Notes: generated by a model from the sequence alone, not told the origin. DNA of 63,127 bases, filler included, from Cercozoa sp. M6MM (GCA_040357565.1; 10 parts of 10 records of this genome joined end to end with filler, not necessarily neighbours in it), one strand, 5' to 3'; positions 50,252-63,115 are shown, counted from the first letter of the whole stretch. Made by a program: numbers and translations.

Positions 50252-50613
50252 CGTAACTCTGCGCTGTCGAGGCGCCGCTGGGTTCCACGTATCGTATACA
50301 TAGCGTAGTATCATTACGGCTGCGCCACGGCTCAGACTAAGAAACCATAAACCGTCCACCGTTAGGTGCTTTAATACTACACCGCACGTCGACCTAGACA
50401 GAGTCTTGCACCTCAACGTCGATGAGTTGGAACATCTCTTGTCCATGCACCCGCGAAGCATCGGTTAGCAGCAGTCTACTTAGGGTAGTACGGTGTACAG
50501 TGCCTGTTAAGACATAAAAGCACGAGGTTGCTTTACCCTGTCGGTGTTGATACAACTACGGACGCCATTTCTCCATGTTGGTGGAACAACACCAGACCTA
50601 AGTTTCAGTGTAA

Positions 50614-50671
<58 letters not shown>

Positions 50672-50804
50672 NNNNNNNNNNNNNNNNNNNNNNNNNNNNN
50701 NNNNNNNNNNNNNNNTTAATTAATTAANNNNNNNNNNNNNNNNNNNNNNNNNNNNNNNNNNNNNNNNNNNNGGGGGGGGGGGGGTAAAGTGGGGGGTAAA
50801 GTCC

Positions 50805-52452
50805 GACCAACGCACCGTCCAGAGTGCCCTCGACGTCGCAGTTTCCGCACACGGTCACCTCCGACTCGCCGTGCCGCCTGCAATCGGGAGGGGGTAAACA
50901 GGGGGGTAAACAGGGGGGTAAACAGGGGGGTAAACAGGGGGTGAGCAGGTGGGTAAACAGGGGGGGCAAACAGGGGGGGTAGACAGGGGGGTAAAACTAC
51001 CCGAAACTGAGGGACACGTCGCCCAGCACGCAGTGGAACGTCTTGTTTTTCCTCGCGTCGTCCTCCGGACCTACGTCCGCGCGGAAGCATACAAAACAAC
51101 AAGAAAAAACAACAAGGAAAAACAACAAGGAAAAACAACAAGGAAAAACAACAAGGAAAAACAACAAAAGGAAAGGCACCCTTGACGGGCAGCTGCGTGC
51201 CGTACATGGCGTCGTAGTTGGCGTCGTCGATGACCACGTGCTCACTGAGATCCGCACCGTCAGTGCGATCACCGTCAGTGCGATCACCGTCAGTGCGATC
51301 ACCGTCAGTGTCAGTGATCGCACGTGTCAGCACCGACAGCAGCAGCGGCGACACGTGGCCGCCCACCGCGTCCAGCGTGGCCTCCAGTGTCTCCTGGTTG
51401 GGGGGTAACAAGGGGGGTAACAAGGGGGGTAACAAGGGGGGTAAATACCGCATCCGGCGAGAACTGCTGCTGCACGTCGAATTCGCACTCGACCCGGCCC
51501 GTCTCATCTGTGGGCCACAGGGGGGGGGGNNNNNNNNNNNNNNNNNNNNNNNNNNNNNNNNNNNNNNNNNNNNNNNNNNNNNNNNNNNNNNNNNNNNNNN
51601 NNNNNNNNNNNNNNNNNNNNNNNNNNNNNAACAGGGGGTAAACAGGGGGTAAACAGGGGGGGGGGTAAACAGGGGGATCAGCAGGGGGGTAAACAGGAGG
51701 GGGGTAAACAGGAGGGGGGTAAACAGGAGGGGGGTAAACAGGGGGGTAAAGAACGCACCGCGCACGCACAGGTACTCGGCGACGTAGCGCGACTCCAGCT
51801 GCCGCTGCCGCGAGCGACGGAAACTCACGTCGAGATTGCGCAGGTCGCCACGTGCACCGTCCGACTATGCACACTCACTCAGTCACTCAGTCAGTCACAC
51901 CGTCACTCACTCTGCCACGTGGGGAGCTGGGTGACCCATCCGCGCGGAAGGGCAGAATACCGGCAGCGCCAGCGACAGGTGCGGCACGGCCACGCGCACG
52001 TCGAACAGTGCCTCGGGCGCGTCCGGGTCGTCGTACTCGAAGTGATCGCACATGGCGGCGTTTCTCCCGTCAGTGATCGGTGCACCGTCACTGTCAGTGA
52101 TCGCTGCACCGTCACTGTCAGTGACACTGTCAAACAGACGGTGGTACTGCAGGTACTGCGCACGTGTCACACGCGACCGCGCCGGCGTCAGCAGGTGTCG
52201 GCGCAGCAGCTGCGTCACCGTGCGCACCGATCGGCCGCTCAGTGAGACACGTGCGTCCTCACCGTCACTCTGACCCTGCACCGTCACTCTGACCACGTTG
52301 CCACGTGCCTGGTTCGGTGCGAACATCACGTGCACCACTGCGGGTACCCACACAGACATGTCTATATCTCTATATCTGTATCTGTATATATCTATCATAT
52401 CTATATCGTATCTATATCTGCATTTGTATCTGTGTCTTATCTGTATCTTTTA

Positions 52453-52485
<33 letters not shown>

Positions 52486-53130
52486 GTATATATATATATA
52501 TATCTGTATATCTGTATCTGTATATATATACATATATACGTATATATATATATACATCTGTATATCTTTATATCTGTATATCTTAATCTGTATAGATGTA
52601 TAGATATAGATAAATACAGATAAAGATATACAGATATACAGATATATATATATATATGTATATGTATATATATCTACATCTACATCTATATCTATACATC
52701 TATATCTGCATCTATATTTACATCTATATCTATACCTATACATATCTTTATCTATATATATATATATATATATATGTATCTAATATGCATAAATACATGT
52801 ATACACACACACACGTGCACACTGGGAGAGAGCATACGCGGCAGCGAGGCCACGTGGTCGACGGCGACGCCGCGCAGAGCGACGCGGAACACCTCGCCGC
52901 GCACCTCGCTCTCCGTGTCGTCCGTCGCGTGCGACCGCAGCTGCACCGAGCGCACGTGCGCCACCGTCGCACCTGCCGTCACTGACACCGTCTCCACGTC
53001 CGCGCGGATCACTCGGTGCACATCCGAACCGTCGCAGGAAGAAGCCTCACTGGCCAGCACGTCCAGGATGCCGCGCTGCGCGTAGTCCAGCAGTTCCTGC
53101 AGACGCCACTGCACGTGCCTGTCCGTCCAG
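50805..53130 (-). CDS. Internal fragment of a large uncharacterized protein (beta-rich; VPS13/ATG2-like possible)
   Basis: GC-rich exons with alternating hydrophobic patterns ([43 protein letters not shown]) between repeat-filled introns. Family assignment is weak. Confidence 0.4.
52355..52815 (-). repeat. ~460-bp intronic TA/TC low-complexity microsatellite
   Basis: Direct reading; longest repeat-filled intron in the window. Confidence 0.92.
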
Positions 53131-53341
53131 GGGGCACACAGGGGGGTAAACAGTAGGGTACACAGGAGAGTATACAGGAGGGTAAACAGGAGGATAAAGT
53201 GGGGGTAAAGTGGGGGGTAAAGTGGGGGGTAAAGTGGGGGGNNNNNNNNNNNNNNNNNNNNNNNNNNNNNNNNNNNNNNNNNNNNTTAATTAATTAANNN
53301 NNNNNNNNNNNNNNNNNNNNNNNNNNNNNNNNNNNNNNNNN

Positions 53342-53387
<46 letters not shown>

Positions 53388-53390
<3 letters not shown>

Positions 53391-54292
53391 GTCCGAAGGC
53401 CGACTCGTCCTCGCTGGTCGTTGTCGGGGCGCCCGAATACCCAAAGAACTGACTGCGACGGCGCTGACGCGTGCGCTCGCGCGGCGAGTCTCCAAAAACA
53501 GAGTTCACGAGAGAAACCAATGGCGGGGCGTCGCCTCCTGAGCAGGCAGAGACATGCACACACCAAACAAGTCCACAGACGAACTGTACCCATGTAGCGA
53601 GTCACGAGGTCGAGCACAAGATCACCAGCAGCAAAGGCGAGGTGCGACCACACCTACACTCAGTGTCATACCATGTGGGTGTCGTATAATACAAACCCAG
53701 GGTCCCACCCAACAAACGCACCTCAGGCGGCTGCGACAGCGAGGCCTGCTGCAAGAAGTCCTCGCTGAGCGACACCAGCGACGGCAGCGCGTTGCGGTTG
53801 AGGTGCACTGGCGTGCCAGCAATCGTGTCGGCGAGTCGCGTGTCGCACACCAGCAGTGCGAAGGAGCACAGGTGACGAGCAGAGTGCCAGCGTGCCTGCA
53901 CAAGATACACATGGGCATAGACACCTAGACCCGCCCATATACACATACCGCCGTACCTCACATAGCGAGATAATCTGCTGACTAAGCTGCTGCCGTGCCT
54001 GCGGCGTGCCGAATGGGTTGTCGCACAGCATGCCCTCGCGACTCACGACGCTGCGCACCCTGTCAGTGCTGTCGCTCTTCTGCTAAGTACAGCGACAAAG
54101 CACACCATCCAAGACAGTAACCCCCCCCCCCCGAAAAGACAAACACGAGCCCTACTACCGCCAGGTCGGCGCGGCAGTCGACAGCCCTGGCAAGAGCGAG
54201 CAGCAGCACGAAAGCGGCGTGAGCGAACTGCGTCGTGTCTTGTGTGCACGTCTGGAGCGACGCGTCCACCATGGCGACTGCACAAGCAGCGA

Positions 54293-54343
<51 letters not shown>

Positions 54344-54353
54344 NNNNNNNNNN

Positions 54354-54401
<48 letters not shown>

Positions 54402-55359
54402 AAATGTAAACGTATATAGACGACGTACCCACTTCCTCCTGCGTCAGGGCAGCGCGCTCGGACACAAAGAAGAGCACACGCGCCAGCAGACTCACTTCGT
54501 CCGCCACGTGGCGCGAGATCTCCTCCGTCACCACCGGCAGAGCGCACAGGTCGCGAATACGCGTGCAGACGTTCGTAACCAAACCGGCCTTGAGCAGCTC
54601 AAGCATGGCCGTGCGCACCACGGTGGCCACCTCCTTGGCCGACTGCATGTCAGCGTCCGCGCTGCTATACTGCTCGAGCGACACGGCGACTGCCGCAAAC
54701 AGACGCGCCAAGTCACCCAGAGCCTGTATGCATTACACAAGAACTCACACAGTGGAAAATTCAGGCAGATGGAGGTGTACCAAGAGTTGCGAGTGACGTG
54801 CGTCAAAGTAAAGCTGTCCCATGCGCCATAAAGCGCTTCGCTCGGCCGACAACTCGCGCGACGGCGGTTCGGCCACGTGCGAGGCCTGCAGCAACAAGCC
54901 GGCCGCGCTACGCTCGTTCAGTCCCGTACCTCTACAGTTTTGGTTAGTAACACACACACACGCGCGCGCGCGCACACAGGACAAGGCACCGACTAAAATC
55001 GAGGACTGCACGAACACTCGCATCGTCGCGCAGCTGCAGGGCTTGGTGCGAGTCGGTAAGCTTCAAACGCTTTGAGAGCACTGCCTGCTCATCGGCAGCC
55101 GATTTTGCCGGAATCTGCACAAAATCGCAATGTGAAACACCCAGAATCTTAGCCAGCCACAAGAATACCTGCAGTGGATTCGCAAGCATACTGGAAGCGG
55201 CATCGAGTGTCGCTTTTAAAGCAGCCAAGTCCACTTGATTCGGCTGCACGCAGAAAGCAAACATGAGTAAGCTATACTGCATACAAAAGCCAACTAAACT
55301 ACCTCCCAGGCACTGCGTATGTGGCGACGAATCGCAGAGAAGTCGACGCCGCCCGACAT
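53388..55359 (-). CDS. Nucleoporin Nup205/Nup192-like, N-terminal part
   Basis: MLANPLQ|IPAKSAADEQAV..AVLDFSRCL|GLNERSAAGLLLQA..LYFDARHSQLL and later LARVLFF follow the Nup192/205 N-terminal pattern. Confidence 0.6.
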
Positions 55360-55785
55360 TGCGCTGTCGTCAGTCTACAGACGCAATATCCAACAAAATT
55401 ACCTTTGGGGGCTGGCAAAAAAGAAAAAGTCACCACAACTGCTTGGTCCGACTTTAAATTAGCCTCTGCGCAATACAAGCTATTGTGCGTGCACCGACGC
55501 GCTGTGTCTGAACCCGTCTACTGTAGGTTCGAACGAAATCGATGGCAGGCTCGTACGATTGGACCACCATACTTGCCTGACCCTGTAGCCGCTCTGCGTT
55601 TGTCGTTTTCTGTGTGCGCTGTCGTGGTCTTAAGGTTTTCCGGTCGTGTACTGAGTGGCACAGAAGCTGTGCGCACATTGTAGTTGCTCGAGGAAGAGAG
55701 CTGCGTACGGCACGTCTCTTCGCTGGAGCTCAAGGTGCGATTCCACGATCTCTTTTCGCACTCGCGACCAACCAACGCAGCTTGG

Positions 55786-56489
55786 ATGTTAAGATCAAAA
55801 CGTGCTCGTGCCGCGCTTAGCGTGATTGTGCTGCTCGGTGCTGCCGCGGCAGTCGCAAAACACCGAAACTTCAAGAAGCGCGTGCGCGATGCCAGCAAGA
55901 GTGCTTTGGATGAGTCCGCCAGCGCGAGTTCCAGTGGCAAAAAGAAGAAGCAAAAGAGCTCCAAACTGGACAAGAACTTCCTGCGAAAGCTTCGCTCGTT
56001 GCTGCGCATCGTGGTGCCGTCGAAGGGCTCGCGTTCTGGTACCGACAACCCTCATGTGTTGCTTGGTGTCTGTCGACCACACTGATGGTTGCTCTGATGA
56101 TGTAGCACTGTTAATGGCGGCGCAAATGACGGCTCTCATCACGCGTACGCTCCTCTCGATCGCTGTGTCGAAACTGGACGGTCGAATTGTGCGTGCAACG
56201 GTACCGGCTTTGTGCAATTTCTGTCGTCCCTCCTCCATGATGTACCTGTTGTGCTCAGGTGAAGCGCGACGGCGTGGCATTCGCCAAGCTGCTGGCAATG
56301 TGGCTCGGCATTGCTGTACCTGCCACGGCGATCAACTCGCTGCTACGTTTTCTGGAGAGCCAGCTTGCGCTGTCGCTTCGCACGCAGCTCGTGCAGCGCG
56401 CCTACGAACTCTACATGTCTAACGACGCCTTCTACGCTGTCGGCAACATGGACAGTCGTCTGCGTGACCCGGACCAGCTGCTCACAGAG
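55786..56489 (+). CDS. Peroxisomal ABC transporter, ABCD family (N-terminal fragment)
   Basis: FLRKLRSLLRIVVP, RTLLSIAVSKLDGRIV, PATAINSLLRFL..LALSLRTQL and FYAVGNMDSRLRDPDQLLTE. Confidence 0.93.
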
Positions 56490-56509
56490 GTAGCCGCTCT
56501 TCAGTAGTT

Positions 56510-56558
<49 letters not shown>

Positions 56559-56744
56559 NNNNNNNNNNNNNNNNNNNNNNNNNNNNNNNNNNNNNNNNNN
56601 NNTTAATTAATTAANNNNNNNNNNNNNNNNNNNNNNNNNNNNNNNNNNNNNNNNNNNNGCCCATGCGCTGTTGGACCGTTTTCGGTGGTTTTTTACCCCC
56701 CCCCCCCCCCCCACTCTCCCCCTCACCCCCCCCCCCCCCTGGCA

Positions 56745-58939
56745 GGATCGATGAGGAGTCGCAAGCGGCGCTGAGTACGCTGCACGAGGCGCACATGCGC
56801 GCGTGTATCGAGTCGGCCGAGGCTATCGCACTGGACTCGCTGCGGCCTGATACGGTACTGTCCCCCTACCCTCTCCCCCTGGCTTTACCCCCCTTGTGCA
56901 GATCGAGAAGATGCGCAACCTGCTGTCGCTGTCGTCGCAGAAACTGATCGAGGAACAACTGCGCGTTGCTACGACCAATAAGGTAGAGAGGGGTAGGGCA
57001 GGGGTAGGGTAGGGTAGGGTAGGGTAGGGGCAGTGTAGGGTAGGGTATGTGTGTGTGTGTGTGTCTGGGGTAGGACGAAGCGCGCAAGCTGTGGCTGCAG
57101 ATCTCGCTGAAGGAGCAGATCTTTGCGACGATGGAGCAGTTCTACAGTGTGCGGCAGTACGAGAAGATCAAGACGAGCGAGTACTGGGCCAGCGAGAAAC
57201 TGCTCGGCAAGAAGGAGGCTCTGGCCGCCGGTTTCTTGTACTTTACCGACTCGCCTGTGCATGCCTCCTTCACCGACATGACTCGCACCGAGGAGGTCTC
57301 TTGCTCCCCTCCTCCACCCCCCCCCCCCCCCAGCGGTTTAACCCCCCCCCCCTTGAGTAGAAGTCGACACGCAAGCTGTCCAAGGAGGCGTGTGCCATGT
57401 TCAAACTGGTGCTGGCCTACATGGGCCACCAGCCACTCGGCAAGAACACGCACACTGTGGATCAGGCGGCCGATCAGGTATGTGCTGATCACTGTGACTG
57501 GAGTGATCACTTGTGACTGGAGTGATCACTGACTGGGACACGTGTGGGTTACACGTGCGCAGGCACTCGGCATGGCGATCGCCGAGCCGCAGCTGCGCAA
57601 CGAGTTGTACATTCAGTTGATCAAGCAGTTGTCGCGCAACAACTCGGGCAGCAAGGACAAGGCCTGGGCGCTGCTCAAGCTGACGCTGGCCACGTGCTTT
57701 AGTTCCCTACCCCCCTGCTTGCCCTGTCTTACCCCCCCCCCCTCTGGTAGGTTCCCACCCGGCACGGACTTTGAGAACCACGTGGAGGTGTGGCTGCGTG
57801 CCAATGCGCCGGGTCCCGAGTACCGCGTGGCGCTGCACAAGGCACTCAACGAACTGCGGCACAAACCGGCGCTGCAGCCGCCGCCAATGAATCAGTTTGG
57901 TACACTGCTCTACCCCCTACCCTACCCTTTACCCCTGCCCTTACCCTTTACCCCTACCCTTTCCCCATGTAGCCAGCATCATTGCCAACACGGACGCGAT
58001 CGGTTTCGAGGAGCCAGTGCCTGCGGTAGCTTGTGTTTTACCCACAGACACACTCTATCTTACCCCCCCCCCCCGTAGGGCTGGGAGAATGGCCGTCCGT
58101 TCGATGATTTGGCGGTGCCGTTCCGCGCGGCTGGCGGACTCTCGGACGAGGCCGAGTTGCCGCGCTACGATGCACAGGCTGCCATGAATGCCACGGTGCG
58201 TGCTTACTCTCCCCCCTGCCCTTTACCACACCTTTTGCTCTCTACGTTTCCCCTTGTACAGACAGCAGGCGCAGCGCAGATGGCCGGCGACTTGGGTCCA
58301 CTGCCGCAGCCAGGCGGACTGCGTGCTCCCGGCGCTGCACCGACCAGGCGAACCAACGGTACTTTTTGTCAGGGGGGGGGGGGGGAAACAGGGGGGGGTA
58401 AAACTCGGGGGGTGTAGCCGGCGCGACGCCGCAGTTGCCGACGCCGCGTGGAAACCCGCTGGCCGGCAGCACCGGGGGTGTTTTTTTGCCCCCCCCCCCC
58501 ACACCTTCCCTGTTACCTTCCCCCTGTGATAGGGCCAGGTGCAGCACCGGTAGCACCGACACAAGAGTCGACGCCGATGGTGCCGCCAGTGGCTCCTGTG
58601 GTGCAGCAGACGCCTCCTGAGGCACCGGTGGCTATGGTTCCGCCTGTGGTTCCGCCTGTGGTACCGACCCCTGCACCGGTGCCGCCGACGCCGCCTGTGC
58701 CTGGTGTGTCTACCTTTGTTTTAGCCCTCTCTCCGATGTTGATCCCACCACCCTTCAGAAGTCAAGAAGATCTACTACAAGCATCTTGACGATGCCAGTG
58801 GCGACTATTACTACGAGAACACTGGTGCCTTTGCTTTACCTCATAGTCCCGTCGTGTACGATGATTGGCACTACACACAGAGACCGGCGAGGTGAGCTGG
58901 GACGCGCCGGCCGACTCAGCGCAGTTGATCAATCCGTAG
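56745..58939 (+). CDS. MyTH4-domain protein with Pro-rich linker and C-terminal WW domain (5' partial; possible myosin tail)
   Basis: MFKLVLAYMG, LRNELYIQLIKQLSRN, AWALLKLTLAT|FPP form MyTH4; DDASGDYYYENT|ETGEVSWDAP is a WW domain. Confidence 0.8.
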
Positions 58940-59679
58940 GGACGACTGCTCGGCGCCCTTCCCTTTTTTGTACATGGACACCAACACCTGAGACACACGC
59001 ACGCACGCACATTGAGACACAGATCGAGACTGCCCAGATTGACGCACAAGGTAGCACTCGGCTCCTCCGTCCCGTCGAGTCAGTCGGAATCTAATCATTG
59101 TATTTATTCACACGCTTTCAATTCGCCGGCTCGTGGGTTCTGAGCGGGACGTAGTTCGCTGACATGCCTCAATACTTTAATATGCTAGAGGGGTATATGT
59201 ATCGTACCCCTTGCAGCGACCAGGTCCTTCGCTTGTTCGCTAGGACGTAATAACTATACCCTTCCCCTTTAATTTACCCCTGTAAAAAGGGTCACAAACG
59301 TACCAAACGCGCTGCTGGCGCTCTTACGTGTTCTGATTTCTTGAAGCAGTTTCGAGCACCAAACACAGGGTATGCCAAGCTAGGCAACACTCAGTTGTTT
59401 GGTTACCAGCTCTCAACCTCAGCAAAACACTTCAATTCTTATTTGGCATGCCTGAAAATTAAGGTAAGTAGGTTGTTTGATGTTGACTGTAACGCTGGAC
59501 CCACCCATTGTAGTTCCTAGTTACCACCTCCCTCCCTGGTAGGGCGGTGATCAGTCACGCCTTAGAGTTCACTCGTTTNNNNNNNNNNNNNNNNNNNNNN
59601 NNNNNNNNNNNNNNNNNNNNNNTTAATTAATTAANNNNNNNNNNNNNNNNNNNNNNNNNNNNNNNNNNNNNNNNNNNNA

Positions 59680-59800
59680 AGACCGTCGAGCAGGTGCACG
59701 CCGTGTTTTCGACGCGCTTCTTCCTGCACCGCACGCTGTACCAGCACAAGGTCTCCAAGGCCGTCGAGTTCATGATGCGCGACGCCCTCATTCTCGTGCG

Positions 59801-59847
<47 letters not shown>

Positions 59848-60986
59848 GTCTTCATCTCTCTGCTTGTGGTACGAGACAGGCCAACGACCACCTGGTGCGT
59901 GCCAGCGATGACAATCCCAAGCAGCTCTTCACTGTACACACACACACATGTTGTTTTATATGTATATATCATAATGTACATCTATTGATGTCCATATGTT
60001 GTATAATTATTGATATCATATATATTGTAATGTATTTATGTATGTATGTGTGTGTGTGCATGTTTCTAATTTTGCTTGTGTGCTCTCCTGCAGTTGGCCG
60101 AGTCGGTGGCCGACATGTCAGCGTACGTGAAGTTTACCGACTCTGTTTTGGACGAGATCGTGAACTCGCACAAGCCGGAATTGGTACCGTCTGTCTGTAC
60201 CGTCCATGTGCTCTTTTGAGTGTACACATCGCCTGGCTACAGCAACCCGCGCGAGAGTTGATACTGCGCATCTACCGTCGTCAGTTGTACAAGATGGTAC
60301 TCACACTATGCCTCTGTTGCTTTGGGTACGGAGGGTTCTGTTGCACATCCCCACACACAGGTGGGACACCAAGTGCTCAGCGAGTTCGTGTACAAGTTCA
60401 TGTCGCACGACGGCCAGAAATCCGATCTCGACTTTGAAAATGTACGCTACATGCTTACTGGACTGGTGTATGTGTGTATCTGGAGTGCACTCTGACAGGA
60501 CATTGCCAACGAGATCGTGGCGCATTCGAGGCTACAAAAGGACGACATCATCGTGGAGTTGCAGCGACTGCACCACGGCAAGAAGGACCAGAATCCCATC
60601 GGCAGCGTCTACTTCTTCCGCAAGCGGTACTTCTCTATTGACACGCACTTGTACATGTGTGTGTATGTGCATGCGTGTGTGTGTGTGTATGTGTGTGTGT
60701 CCGTGAGGACAGGCACAGCGACGACGTGCGCAAGCCGGCGCATCTGATCGACTGCGAGTCCTTCTGCTCCGTGTGGCCCACGCAGTTCCAGGAACTCCGT
60801 CTCCGCGTCTTTGTCAAGAACACGAGGTATCCAAGCTAGACTCAGGTGGCTCTTTTGACAGTGCAGTCTCTCCCTCCGGGTTTGTGTAGCCACTTTGACG
60901 AGGCACGTGCGGCATTCCGCGACTGGTGCCACAACAACGAGCCCAAGTATTCGGAAATCACGCTCTCGCAGCAGGTGCCAATGTAA
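59680..60986 (+). CDS. SAMHD1-like HD-domain dNTP triphosphohydrolase (C-terminal part)
   Basis: FSTRFFLHRTLYQHKVSKAVEFMMRDAL, YVKFTDSVL, ARELILRIYRRQLYK, HHGKKDQNPIGSVYFF and PTQFQELRLRVFVK. Confidence 0.9.
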
Positions 60987-61177
60987 GACATGTAGTTAAT
61001 TAACTGCATGCTAGATTAGTGAGTAAGCAGCTATAACAAACAAGCTGCTTGTTGCGTCGACTCGAGTCCGTCCCGTCGACTCTGGCTCAAATGATAGCCG
61101 ACAGTGGAGAAACAAACGGCTAAACGGCCTCGTGTGTGTGGCACAGTTGTGTGTGTGTGGTGTACTAAAGTTATAAG

Positions 61178-62500
61178 ATGTCTGACGACGAACCACAGTT
61201 TGAGACGCTGGAGGAGGTGCCACACTTTTCTTTCTGGCACGAGAATACGATGTCAGATCCATATTCTTGGCTTGTTCGCTCGGTTTGCAGGCGATGGCGG
61301 AGGCGGCCAAGCTGGCACACAACATTCCGTTCAAGAAACCTCCACGCAGACTGTCGGGCTACATGCTGTTCGTTCACACCAAGCGGCCGGAACTGGCGGC
61401 GCAAGGTCTCAAAGTGACCGAAGTCGCCACCAAGGGCGGCGAGTTGTGGCGCGCACTGGGCGACCAACAGGACGAGTGGAACCAACTGGCCGCCAAGATC
61501 AAGGCCCTCGTGCAGCCGTTTGCAGCCGTACCACTTTGCTGCTTGCTGTCCAGGCGGACTGTGGTGTGTGTTGCTGTTTGTTGAACTGATGCTTTGGGAG
61601 CACAGGAGACCAAGACGCCAAAGAAGGAGAAATCAGCGGGCACCAAGAGGACCAAGTCAAAGTCGACCGGCGAAAAGCGAGAACGATCCAGCAATGGCGT
61701 AAGTCTTGATATGTCCATTGTCTGTGTGTCTGTATGTTGCTGCATGTGCACAGAGCAGGCTCACCAAACTGCAGCAGGACCGAATGGACAAGTTCGGCAA
61801 TCACTGGCAGAAGAAGCCGACGCCGGCCGACACGGACGGACTGTACCAGTTCTACACAACGCTTCGCAAGGAGAAGCCGGACAGCAAGCTCGCCAAGACC
61901 TGGCTCATGGAGCACGGCCTGCTGCCGGCCGACGAGGCTGCTGCGTGGTTCGACGAACTCGCTCTGTTGGTACCTCTCTCTTTTCCCTCCCTCTCTCCCT
62001 CTCCCTCTCTCTCCCCCTCCCTCCCCCTCCCCCTCTCTCTGTAAGTGGCACACACATGCTGTACCCTTAAACTCCCGAGTGCAGAAGAAGGCCAAGCGAA
62101 GTGCCGCCACGAGTGCGAGTGCCGCTGCCACGCGACCGCGCAAGCGCACCAAGAAGTCGCCGGCCAAGAAGGCCGCCACGACGTCGCGCAAGAAGAAGAC
62201 ACCTGTCGCTCTGAGTGACGACTCCAGCGACGACGATGAGGAGGTGCACTGCCCTACCGTATGTGTCTTCTTGCCCTACCATGATGGCCGCGTGTCTGTG
62301 TGTAGTTCGATCTCAACGCCACCTCGGTCTCGTCGGCCTCGGTGGCGCCGCGCAGCAAGCGAGCCTCAGCCGTCAAAGCGTCGCGCGCCATGAAGGACGA
62401 CGACAGCGACAACGATGACAACGACGACGCAAGCGACGACGAGGAATCGAGTGCCTCCAGCTCCGACGACGAGGTCTTCCTGCGCAAGCCGAGTCAGTAG
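61178..62500 (+). CDS. HMG-box protein with additional conserved helical domain and basic/acidic tail
   Basis: KKPPRRLSGYMLFVHTKRPEL..KVTEVATKGGELWRAL is an HMG box; followed by DGLYQFYTTLRKEKPDSKLAKTWLMEHGLLP; stop TAG at 62498-62500. Confidence 0.8.
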
Positions 62501-62765
62501 ACCGCCCATTATGCGTTGTTTCGTCTCAGTTTTCGTTATTGCGGTTTCACGCGACATCAGTCTAAGACGTCAACACAGGACAGAACCAAAAAAACCGAGT
62601 CGGTTTCTTTTCTCAACCAGGACGTTACAGCACGAACTGCTGTATGAGGGCTGCGGTAACAATGTCGTAGGTGCCAGGGCTTTAGCGAAGCGAAGAGTTC
62701 GATCGGATTACTGCCGAGCGTCCGTAAATTTATACTGAGCGCTGAAAATACTGGGGAACAAAACA

Positions 62766-63115
62766 CTAAAAACTGCAGGCGTGCGGCTGCTGGCACGCGA
62801 CACCGTCGCTGTTGGAGTCAGCTTTCGAGTCGGAGTCCAAGTCCGAGTCGGTAGCAGCGTAGGCGGCGTCCAGCAGTGTCCAGAAGGCGCGTGGCTCGGC
62901 GCCCTCCATGACGAGTTGCACCGAGTCCACCGAGTTGTCAGCGGTACTTTCTGCAGTGACGCCACCGTCAGTGACACCGTCAGTGACACCGTCTGCAGTA
63001 CCAGTGGCACCGTCATTGGCCAGGAGGCGCGCCACGTGCTGCCGCAGCAGTGTCAAATCGCTGTCGAAACTCACGTCGCTGCGACGACCTCGCCACACAA
63101 AGCCCGATTGGCCTG
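62766..63115 (-). CDS. Last exon of a gelsolin/villin-repeat-containing protein
   Basis: FVWRGRRS......VQLVMEGAEPRAFWTLL matches the gelsolin repeat pattern W.G..S ... EG.EP..FW..L. Confidence 0.6.

Noticed and set aside
52298-52985. ORFs of YI, CV or HT dipeptide repeats (also 20634-21172, 31860-32239, 54063-54547)
   Set aside because: They are translations of intronic (TA)n and (GT)n microsatellites.
50885-53241. GGGGGGTAAACA / GGGGGGTAAAGT arrays as telomeres or CRISPR-like arrays
   Set aside because: They sit between GT and AG of minus-strand introns, have no unique spacers, and are not TTAGGG-type. Contigs end there probably because assembly fails in such repeats.
17918-59678. Nine identical TTAATTAATTAA motifs as a biological repeat or insertion site
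   Set aside because: Each is centred in exactly 100 nt of N-padded spacer and gives stops in all six frames; it is an assembly concatenation linker.
18090-60986. A defence island or functional cluster (RNF213-like, USP, SAMHD1-like; or POLA2, POT1, LIG1)
   Set aside because: The genes lie on different contigs separated by artificial linkers, so their proximity has no meaning.
730-62500. Alternative genetic code or non-canonical splice sites
   Set aside because: Every junction checked by hand in conserved genes (PPase, PHB1, CPS, LIG1, VPS45) resolved with GT-AG and standard stops. Not all junctions were checked.
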